Translations under genes and position numbers: made by a program
Source: Spirochaetaceae bacterium
GTDB lineage: Bacteria > Spirochaetota > Spirochaetia > DSM-27196 > Alkalispirochaetaceae
Assembly (NCBI GenBank): GCA_046541355.1
Contig: JBKHDM010000001.1
Location: forward strand, 1,014 to 65,013
Length of the DNA stretch: 64,000 nt
Direction of reading: 5' to 3'
Shown here: positions 26,314-34,083 of the stretch, in pieces
Position numbering within the stretch: the stretch's first letter is position 1
Layout: each line of letters opens with the position of its first letter
The notes under the pieces: generated by a model
Database searches by the model: none
Told to the model about the DNA's origin: nothing
What the model saw: the letters and a program-made list of their open reading frames with translations, nothing else

Positions 26314-27459
26314 TCAACAACGGGAGAGGGAGCGCTGGTGGCGGTAGCGTAGGAGGATCGCCACAAAGGCCGGGTCCGACCGGGGGTCTGCGTCGGTGTA
26401 AAACAGGTGCGACCGGCAGCTGCAGTCGGAGGAGCCGAATCGGGCAACCGGGGCGGTGTAGATGGTGCCGAGATCCGAGGCGAGGTCGCACTCGAGGTCG
26501 CAGTCGGTGTAGATCGGATACCCCCTCGCCTTGCCTCCCTCTGCCCGGAGGTAGTCGAAATGCCAGTGCATCCGCTTGCGCCGGCCGAGATGGCGTGCGA
26601 CCCGGGCGGAAAGGTTCTTCTTCCCCGAGCCGACGTAGATGTAGTAGCCCGGAGAAAAGGAATGGATCCCGAGACCGGCGACGGAGATGTTCCGCTCCGC
26701 GTCGAGCTCGAGGACTACCATGTAGACTCCCGCGTCCGCCTCGGCAAGGGCAACCGGAGCGAGGTCCACCGGGACCTCCGATGAGTCGAGCCACGCCTCC
26801 CCCGTCTCCGAAACCCCCACCGTCGCCGCCCGCACCGCCACCCCCGCCTCCGAGGCCGCTTTCAGGGCGAGGGCAAACCCAGGGTCAGCGTGGATATCCG
26901 GCACGAAACGCTTCGCCTCGAGTCCCTGGATTACGAACAGCACCATTCGCCCTCCATCCTTGATCGCCGCGAGCTCCTCCAGATGTCGCCGTCCCCGGAG
27001 GGTAGCTGCATCGGGAAACATCGCAACCCCGTGAGCCTCGAGGGTACAGCTTTTGACCTCCACCCAGGTGCGGCCGAGAGGCGTCTCCACCAGAAAGTCG
27101 AAGCGGCTTGCCCCTCGGGCAACCTCCGGGATAACCGTTGCCCTCGGACCGAAGAACTCCGGCAGAACAAGCTCCCGGGCGAGGAGATTGGCAGCCACCG
27201 AGACCAGGGGCACCACCCGGGAGTCCGACGGGCGCCGTAGCGCCACCACCGTAGCGGGAGTCTTCCGGTCGGAGCCCTCCTTCTCCTCGAGTATGAGCTC
27301 GCAACCGGGCAGCAGAAGCTCGAGCATCCGCCCGGGGTTGGGACAGTGGGCGCGCAGCCGCTGCCCCGAGGGCAGCTCGCAGAGGATGACAAAACGGTTC
27401 GGGCGCGCCACAAACCGCGCCTCGAGACCGCCCCGAAAGAGCTGCACCCTCCGGCTCAT
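26314..27459 (-). CDS. sfsA: SfsA-like nuclease-fold domain fused to a DUF123 (GIY-YIG superfamily) domain
   Basis: Residues 1 to about 230 align by eye to E. coli SfsA (RFDF...VEVKSCTL...FPDAATLRGRRHLEEL). The C-terminal part has DUF123 hallmarks: YYIYVGSGKKNLSARVARH, HWHFDYL and FGSSDCSCRSHLFY. An ATGA overlap joins it to the sbcC stop. Confidence 0.8.
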   Translation of the reverse strand: MSRRVQLFRGGLEARFVARPNRFVILCELPSGQRLRAHCPNPGRMLELLLPGCELILEEKEGSDRKTPATVVALRRPSDSRVVPLVSVAANLLARELVLPEFFGPRATVIPEVARGASRFDFLVETPLGRTWVEVKSCTLEAHGVAMFPDAATLRGRRHLEELAAIKDGGRMVLFVIQGLEAKRFVPDIHADPGFALALKAASEAGVAVRAATVGVSETGEAWLDSSEVPVDLAPVALAEADAGVYMVVLELDAERNISVAGLGIHSFSPGYYIYVGSGKKNLSARVARHLGRRKRMHWHFDYLRAEGGKARGYPIYTDCDLECDLASDLGTIYTAPVARFGSSDCSCRSHLFYTDADPRSDPAFVAILLRYRHQRSLSRC

Positions 27460-30400
27460 CCGCCCCCACCGCCGCGGGAGACAATCCTGCTGCCCCGGAG
27501 CGTCGACTCCACCTGGAAACCCGCGGGAACCCGTCGCTTTACCTCCTCCACGTGGGAGATGATCCCCACCGACCGGCCGCTGCCGGTGAGCTCGTCGAGG
27601 GTGTTCAACGCCTCCTCCAGAGCCTCCTCGTCGAGGCTCCCGAAACCCTCATCGATAAAGATCACCTCCAGATTGAGCCCGCCGAGCTCCGCCTGAACGG
27701 TGTCCGACAGTCCGAGGGCGAGGGCGAGGGAGGCGAGAAACCCCTCTCCCCCGGAGAGGGTCTTTGCGTCCCTGCTTCGGTCGGTGTAGGCGTCGTACAC
27801 CTCGATATCCAGGCCCGCACGGCCGCGACCACCGGAAGCCTCCTTTCGCAGCAGGGTATAGCGGTGGTTGCTCATCTTGAAAAGACGGATGTTTGCCTGA
27901 GCAAGGACCTCCTCGAAATAGACCGAGAGGACGTAGTCCATCAGGCGGATCCGGGACTCGTTATATCCGTCGGCGAGGCGACTGAGCTGGGTAACTTCCC
28001 GGTACTCCTCCTCGATCTGTGAGAGCTCCCGCTCCCCGGCGGTTATCGCCTCGAGCAGGCGCAGCAGTTCCCCTTCCCGATGCCGTTTTGCCGAGCGCTC
28101 CTCGAGAAGGGCAGTGAGGCGCTCCTGTGAGGCCGCCACCGCCGCTTCGGCGGCGGGAAGATCAGGTTCCCCGAACCCCGCCGCAACCTCTTCAGCCCGG
28201 CGGACTCGCTCCCGTGCCGCCGACTCCCGGTCTCTGCGGGCATCGAGAGCCTCCTTCAGGGCCGAAACCTGCTCATCCCCGCGGCCGGCGGAGGCGTACT
28301 CCCGCTCATCGAGAAACCCGGACTCCTCGATTCGACGGCGAAACTCAGCCTCGAGGAGCTCGAGCCGCTCCCGAACGAGGAGGCGACGCTCCTCGAGGGA
28401 CTCGAGCCGCAACCGCTCTCTGCTCGCAAGCTCCCGAGCGTTTCGGGCGTCCGTTTCAGCCTTGCGCGCCGCGGCTATGTTGGACTCCAGGCGCTGTGCA
28501 ACCTCGCGACGCAGCTTTTCGAGCGCCCCGGGAGGGGAGAGTTCCTCAGGTACCCCCGAGCTCTCCCGGAGACTCCGCATCCTCGCAACCTCCTCCCCCT
28601 CGGCATCGAGGCGAGGGGCAAGCTCTTCGAGCTCCGCCTTCAACCCGACTCGTCGCTCTCGCCCCTCCTCCCGGGATTCTGAAAGCTCCCCACTCTCAGA
28701 AAGCCGCTGGTGAAGCTCCCGGAGTTCTCCCTCCAGCTCGGCGACCACGGCGGCGAGACGCTCCTGCTCCCCATCCCCGGGGCCCTCGCCCAGTTCACCG
28801 AGAAGCTCCTCCCGCTGCTCCTGCGCCTGCCGCAGTCGCTCGGCGGCTACCGACCGCTCCCGCTCCGCCCGGGTGAGCTCGTTGCGTACCTCCGCCTCCC
28901 GCTCCCTCGCCCCTTCGACCTCCTCCTGCGAGGCGCCCTCCCCGACAGCGGGAGCGGGGTGATCGAGGGAGCCGCAGACCGGGCACGGTTCCCCCTCCGA
29001 GAGGGTTTGCGCAAGGCGTGCGGCCTCGGCCTCCCGGGTGCGACGGATCGCCTCGGTTATCGCCACCTCGCATGAGGCAAGCTCTGCGGAGAGAGCACCA
29101 ACCCTCTCCTCGAGTTTTTCGAGATTCCCCTCCTCGCCGCGGGCTCTCGCGAGGGCGTCCCGATATCGGTTCAGGAGGGTGAGCCGACGCCGCTTGCCCT
29201 CGAGGTCCGACTCCACCTCCCCCCGGCGCTCCCGCATCCTCGAGGCTTCCTCGATCCGAAGGGTAATCTCCTCCAGGCGGACCTCGAGCCTCTCGAGCTC
29301 CTCGGTGAGGCGATCCCTCCGGGATCGGAGCTCCGAGAGCCGCCGCTCCCGCTCGGGGAGGCCGCGGGTCTGGTCGTCGACCAGCCGCTGCTTTTCAGCC
29401 AAGCTGTCGAGGCGGCCGAGCTCGAGGCGCAGGTGCTCCCGCAACCCCTCCGACTCCTGTCCCTCTCGGAGCGCAGCCTCGGCGACCTCCCGTTCCTGTT
29501 CCGCCCCCTCGAGGCTGCGCTTTCGCTCAAGCCTCTCACCCTCGAGCGCTTCGATCTCCTCCCGGGCGGCGAGTAGCTGCCGGTAGTGCGGCTCGATCGC
29601 CCGGGCGGCGAGGGCGCCCTCGAGCTCTCGTTGCTGAGCCTCCATAGATTCGCCCTCGATCGACGCCAGGGCGGCCCGGGCCTCGGCACGTTCCCGGAAG
29701 GCGCGATCGGCGGAGCGCGCCTCATCGAGCTGCTTGCGCCGCGCTTCTTCCAGGGCGCGCTGCTTCTCCACGGTTTCGTCGAGCTCCGCGAGCTGCCGGG
29801 AGAGAGCGGCGACCTGCGCCTCAAGCTCCCTGCGGCTCTCCACCCCCGCGCCGGAGCGCAACGCCTCGAGGGTCGTTCGCAGCCGCTCGATCTCACCGCC
29901 GAGGGTGGAGCTGCGCTCCTTGAGAATATCGGTAAAGCGCTCGTAGACGGCTGTGTCAAAGAGGCGTCGGAGGATCTCGCTGCGCTCGCCGCTGTTTGCG
30001 GTGAGCAGCTCCCGGAACCTGCCCTGGGGCAGGAGCACCACCTGCCTGAACTGCTCAGCCCGGAATCCGACTATCTCCTCGACCATCCGCGAGACCGACC
30101 CGACCTTCTTCTCCGCGAGGACCGTGCCGCACCGGTCCGGATAGGAGAGCTCCCCGAGGTCGACAGCTGTGGCATCAAAGAGGTACGCCTCCCCGGGCTT
30201 CTCGGTTACGCCCTCTCCCCGCCGCTTGCGCAGCTCCTGCTTTGGGCTGCGCCGCAGGAAGTAACGCTTTCCGCCGGTCTCGAAGAGGAGCTCAACCACC
30301 GTTTCCTCCTCAGGTCCCACAAAATGGGAGCGCAGGTCTTCACTCTTGCGCTCGTCCCCGGAGGACTCTCCGAAGAGGGCAAAGGCGATGGCGTCGAGGA

Positions 30401-30530
30401 CGGAGGTCTTTCCGCTTCCCGTGGGACCGTAGATTCCAAAGAGGGGGTGGTCTGTAGCGGCGTGAAAATCGACGATCGCCTCCTGCGCAAAGGGACCAAA
30501 GCCGACCATCCGAAGGCGCAGGGGTCTCAT
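27456..30530 (-). CDS. sbcC: Exonuclease SbcC (SMC-like ATPase)
   Basis: 1024 aa. Walker A GPTGSGKTS, a long coiled coil with the zinc hook CPVCG, and a C-terminal signature/Walker B (LSGGEGF...IFIDEGFGSLD). Confidence 0.9.
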   Translation of the reverse strand: MRPLRLRMVGFGPFAQEAIVDFHAATDHPLFGIYGPTGSGKTSVLDAIAFALFGESSGDERKSEDLRSHFVGPEEETVVELLFETGGKRYFLRRSPKQELRKRRGEGVTEKPGEAYLFDATAVDLGELSYPDRCGTVLAEKKVGSVSRMVEEIVGFRAEQFRQVVLLPQGRFRELLTANSGERSEILRRLFDTAVYERFTDILKERSSTLGGEIERLRTTLEALRSGAGVESRRELEAQVAALSRQLAELDETVEKQRALEEARRKQLDEARSADRAFRERAEARAALASIEGESMEAQQRELEGALAARAIEPHYRQLLAAREEIEALEGERLERKRSLEGAEQEREVAEAALREGQESEGLREHLRLELGRLDSLAEKQRLVDDQTRGLPERERRLSELRSRRDRLTEELERLEVRLEEITLRIEEASRMRERRGEVESDLEGKRRRLTLLNRYRDALARARGEEGNLEKLEERVGALSAELASCEVAITEAIRRTREAEAARLAQTLSEGEPCPVCGSLDHPAPAVGEGASQEEVEGAREREAEVRNELTRAERERSVAAERLRQAQEQREELLGELGEGPGDGEQERLAAVVAELEGELRELHQRLSESGELSESREEGRERRVGLKAELEELAPRLDAEGEEVARMRSLRESSGVPEELSPPGALEKLRREVAQRLESNIAAARKAETDARNARELASRERLRLESLEERRLLVRERLELLEAEFRRRIEESGFLDEREYASAGRGDEQVSALKEALDARRDRESAARERVRRAEEVAAGFGEPDLPAAEAAVAASQERLTALLEERSAKRHREGELLRLLEAITAGERELSQIEEEYREVTQLSRLADGYNESRIRLMDYVLSVYFEEVLAQANIRLFKMSNHRYTLLRKEASGGRGRAGLDIEVYDAYTDRSRDAKTLSGGEGFLASLALALGLSDTVQAELGGLNLEVIFIDEGFGSLDEEALEEALNTLDELTGSGRSVGIISHVEEVKRRVPAGFQVESTLRGSRIVSRGGGGG

Positions 30531-31693
30531 CGCTCCTCCTCTCCCCGCTCCCGCGTCGCTATCGCCCGGGCGAGGCTCTCGTCCACCAGCTCCCGCTGCC
30601 GCTGCTCGAGCTGTTCCACCCCGAGGTCACGGAAGAAGGAGTCGATCACCTCCCCGGGGCGGCGAAGGCTCTCCCGCCTCGCCCCGACTCTCGCCGACTC
30701 CCCGGGACTCCGGCGGTTGACCCAGTCGAGCATCACCGCCAGGGGATAGCGCTCCCTGAGGCGGCTCATCGCGTCCGGGACCGGAAGGGAGTCGGTGAGC
30801 TCGAGTTTTACGAAGCATCCGGCGGCGCTCTGCTCCCCCCTCATCAGCTCGTCGAAGGAGCCGGTGAGCACCCGCAACCGGCGGGGCGGGTCGAGGGGCA
30901 GCTCGGTGAGCTTCTCCACCCCCCACCAGCGCAGTTCGAGGAGGGTGGTGGACTTTTCCTCCTCCGCCTCGTCGAAGCCGAAGGGGAGGATCGAGCCGGC
31001 GTAGCGAAGCGTGCCCTCCCTGAGGGCAATCTCCTGGGGCCGGTGGAGGTGGCCCATGGCGACGTAGGCCGCCCCGCCGTAGCACTCAGGGCTCACCTGT
31101 TCGATCCCGCCGGCACTCTCGAGAGATCGCTCTGAGTCGCTCCCCCGTCCCCCGGCCACAAAGGTGTGGGAGACGACAACCTGGCGAACCTTCGCCGGGA
31201 GGAGGGCGTTCGCCTCTCTCATCTGGGCGACAACCACATCCTCGGGAGTCGCTATCCCCGGATCATCGAAGTGGTCCCGGGCGGCGAAAATCCCGGCATA
31301 GGGGATCGCGCTGACCGCCACGCCCCCCTCCTCGTCGGAGAGGAGAAGCGGCTGCGGTGGCCGGGAGAGGCCGCCCCGGATGAGCACCCGTCGGCGGTCG
31401 TGGAGGGCTCCGCCAAAGCCGATCCGCTCCGGGGCGTCGTGGTTACCGGCGATGACGCAAATCGCCGCCTCGCTATCTCGATAGACCCGCTCGAGAAAGG
31501 TGTCGAAGAGCTCAACCGCCTCCCGCCGCGGATTTCCGCGGTCAAAGACGTCCCCGGCGATGATGAGCAGGTCCGGCCCCTCCTCCTCCACCATCAGCGC
31601 GATCTGTTCGAGCAGTTGCGCCTGATCCTCGAGGAGAGAAAACCCGTTGAAGAGCCGACCGAGGTGCCAGTCGGCGGTGTGGAGTATCCGCAT
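30527..31693 (-). CDS. sbcD: Exonuclease SbcD (Mre11-like nuclease)
   Basis: 388 aa. MRILHTADWHLG, GDVFD and GNHD phosphoesterase motifs. It has a 4-nt overlap with sbcC. Confidence 0.9.
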   Translation of the reverse strand: MRILHTADWHLGRLFNGFSLLEDQAQLLEQIALMVEEEGPDLLIIAGDVFDRGNPRREAVELFDTFLERVYRDSEAAICVIAGNHDAPERIGFGGALHDRRRVLIRGGLSRPPQPLLLSDEEGGVAVSAIPYAGIFAARDHFDDPGIATPEDVVVAQMREANALLPAKVRQVVVSHTFVAGGRGSDSERSLESAGGIEQVSPECYGGAAYVAMGHLHRPQEIALREGTLRYAGSILPFGFDEAEEEKSTTLLELRWWGVEKLTELPLDPPRRLRVLTGSFDELMRGEQSAAGCFVKLELTDSLPVPDAMSRLRERYPLAVMLDWVNRRSPGESARVGARRESLRRPGEVIDSFFRDLGVEQLEQRQRELVDESLARAIATRERGEEER

Positions 31694-31744
31694 CTATTGG
31701 AAGCTACCACAGATGTGGGGACTCTTTACAGAACCTCTGTTTAG

Positions 31745-31900
31745 TGTCCTCCACCCTGGGGATAGAGGGGAAACTACCTCCAGGTACCGAAAGCAGTTAG
31801 AGCCGCTGCGGTGGCGGTACCATGGAAATGTCCACTTTTTTCACGGTACATTATTACCAGGTAAGGAATTAGGAGAGATTTATCCCCAGGGTGGAGGACA
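31745..31900. repeat. Element bounded by perfect 20-bp terminal inverted repeats (MITE/REP-like)
   Basis: TGTCCTCCACCCTGGGGATA (31745-31764) and its exact reverse complement (31881-31900) flank a 116-nt interior. The interior is lower in GC and contains a nested 7-bp stem, GGTACCG/CGGTACC (31783-31789 / 31815-31821). Weaker outer arms are TGTGGGGA (31714-31721) and TCCCCACA (31912-31919). Confidence 0.75.
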
Positions 31901-31946
31901 GTTAACACACATCCCCACACCGGAAACCCCCCGGCCGAGCAGGTCA

Positions 31947-33077
31947 TCACACTTCGAGCTGATAGACCCGATGACGCTTGTACACCTCTCCCCCGAGGGT
32001 CTCCATGTCACTGAGCATGAGGTCTGTGGTCTCGGCTATCTGGGTCATCTCCGCCCGGAGGGCGCGCCCTTTCAGGGTCCGCTCGAGCTCGTAGTACAGG
32101 AGCGCTGTGGCGCCGGTCTTCTGAAACTTTGGAAGCACCCCGACGCCGTTGATAATAAACTCCCGTGTCTTGCGCTTCTGGTAGAGAAGCCGGGCAAGGG
32201 AGAGGGGAGTGACCCGGCCGCCACTCGCCTGTATCGCCGGGGAGAGGTCGGGAAAGGTGAGAAGGAAGCCCGCGATCTCATCCCCCGCCCGGATCACCTT
32301 GATAAGCCTCGGATCGCTCACGGTCACCAGGGAGTCAACCAGCTGCGTGAGCTCCCCCTCGGTCATCGGGCAGTACTCCTCGTGGTCCACCCAGCTCTCA
32401 TTGTAGATCCGGCCTATCTCCCGGCCCAGGGCGCGCAGTTCCCGCCTCGTTTTCATCTCCGGTATCCGGAAGCTCCCGCGCCTGAGGGAGATCTCCGCCA
32501 CCCGACGTATCTTGGCAGGGGTCTCATAGGCGACAGCGTCGAGATAGGCGGATACAAAATCCTTGTACTTCTCAAAGCCGTAGGACTCCACCATATCCCG
32601 GTAGTAGGGCAGATGGTAGTTCATCATGGTCATGGCGGCCCGGGTCTGGTAGCCGTCGATAAGGATCCCCGCCCCGGTCATGCCGGAGAAACCCTGGGGA
32701 CCGATCACCCGGCTCAGACGCCGTTGATGCGCCCACTCCTCCACCCGCTGAAAGAGCGCCCCCGCCGCCTCCGGGTCGTTTTTCGTGTCAAAAAAGTAAA
32801 ACCGCGCGTCCCTGCGGCCCTGGTAGGCGTTGAAGTTCTTGTTCTCCAGTGCGGCGATCCGGGCAACCACCCGACCGCCCCGGCGGGCAATAAAGAACTC
32901 CCCCTCGGAGTGCTCGAAAAAGGGGTGATTCCGCTCGAGAATGGAGCGCATATCCTGACGAAACCAGGGAACCCAGTAGGGATTGGTACGAAATATCTGA
33001 TGAGGAAGGGTTATGAACTCCTCGGCGTAGGGGGAGCGCGCGTTTTCGACGGTATGGATGGTAAGCTCGTCTGCCAT
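31947..33077 (-). CDS. GNAT-fold acyltransferase-like protein (uncharacterised family)
   Basis: 376 aa. The C-terminal region has a GNAT motif-A-like GVLPKFQKTGATALLY. Family identity is not certain. Confidence 0.5.
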   Translation of the reverse strand: MADELTIHTVENARSPYAEEFITLPHQIFRTNPYWVPWFRQDMRSILERNHPFFEHSEGEFFIARRGGRVVARIAALENKNFNAYQGRRDARFYFFDTKNDPEAAGALFQRVEEWAHQRRLSRVIGPQGFSGMTGAGILIDGYQTRAAMTMMNYHLPYYRDMVESYGFEKYKDFVSAYLDAVAYETPAKIRRVAEISLRRGSFRIPEMKTRRELRALGREIGRIYNESWVDHEEYCPMTEGELTQLVDSLVTVSDPRLIKVIRAGDEIAGFLLTFPDLSPAIQASGGRVTPLSLARLLYQKRKTREFIINGVGVLPKFQKTGATALLYYELERTLKGRALRAEMTQIAETTDLMLSDMETLGGEVYKRHRVYQLEV

Positions 33078-33177
33078 GGGGGCGATTCTATCCCGGAGCC
33101 CCTCACGCTGTCACGCTAATGGAAAGGGCCGAAGCCGCCGTAAACTGTTAGTAGTGACGAGTCCAAGGAGGTTCTCC

Positions 33178-34083
33178 GTGCATATCCGTGCTCTGTTACT
33201 CTCCGCACTCTTTTTCGCTCTCCTCGGTTGTGCGGGTACCCCGGAAGCTGCCCCCCGCTCCGATGAGGCAACGCCGGAGGGAGAGGAAGCGGCGGAGGAC
33301 CGGGATGCCCGGGCGCTCGAGGAGGCGCGGCAGGAGGCGAACCGTTACCGTCGGGAGATAGAGGAGTTGCGGCAGCGGCTTTCCCTGCTGGAAACCGAGC
33401 CGGCCGAGACCGAGGAGCGTCCGGAGACAGAACAGCTGAGGATCGAAAACCAACGGCTGCGGGAGCTGGTGGAGGAGCTTCGTCTCGCCCTCGAGGCAAC
33501 ACCGCCTCGGCAGGGTGAGGAGGAAGTGGGAGGGTTCGAGGAGTACCGGGAGGTTGAGAGCCTCGCCGTCGAGGAAGCTCAAGGAACCCCACCACGCCTG
33601 GCGCTACAGCACGTTGTTCGAATCCCGGTCTCCGGGACCGGATTTCGCTACCTCGACCGGCGCGTGGCGGCCTCCGAGGCGTCCACCCTCTACCTCGATA
33701 TCCTTGTTTCCGAGAGAGGCGGGCAGCCGGAGGCGACGCTCCGGGCGAGGGCTGTCTACCCCCTCGACCGGGAACCGCTCCAGGTGGAGGAGCTTCTCCT
33801 AGGATCAGCGGGTCGGCAGTTTCGCTTCGTCGCCGAGACCGTAGCCCGGGAGAGGACAGCTCTTGTCGCGGCGGAAACCGTCACGCTCCCCCTCGAATCA
33901 GAACAGACGAGAGACTTCCTCAGGTTTATGGAGCACCGAACCGGGGAGCGGGTGGAGGTTGCGTTTCGCGGCCGGGGAGGGACGGTGAGCCATCGGCTCA
34001 CCCCCGAAGAGCGACGGGCGCTTGCAAACATGCTCTACACCTATCGCGAACTCGGGGGCACGGTAGAACGCCGGCTGCCTTAA
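33178..34083 (+). CDS. Lipoprotein with an N-terminal acidic coiled-coil region
   Basis: The GTG at 33178 sits 6 nt after AAGGAGG and gives VHIRALLLSALFFALLGC, a lipobox (LLGC). The ORF track extends to 33058, but that region overlaps the divergent gene. Confidence 0.6.
   Translation: MHIRALLLSALFFALLGCAGTPEAAPRSDEATPEGEEAAEDRDARALEEARQEANRYRREIEELRQRLSLLETEPAETEERPETEQLRIENQRLRELVEELRLALEATPPRQGEEEVGGFEEYREVESLAVEEAQGTPPRLALQHVVRIPVSGTGFRYLDRRVAASEASTLYLDILVSERGGQPEATLRARAVYPLDREPLQVEELLLGSAGRQFRFVAETVARERTALVAAETVTLPLESEQTRDFLRFMEHRTGERVEVAFRGRGGTVSHRLTPEERRALANMLYTYRELGGTVERRLP

Noticed and set aside
31821-31871. 16-codon ORF (MEMSTFFTVHYYQVRN) inside the inverted-repeat element
   Set aside because: It has no ribosome-binding site, is very short, and is probably a fortuitous result of the AT-richer core.
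31647-33119. 490-aa plus-strand ORF
   Set aside because: It is antisense to the GNAT-like gene and runs through the inverted-repeat element. I see no motifs, so it is a shadow ORF.
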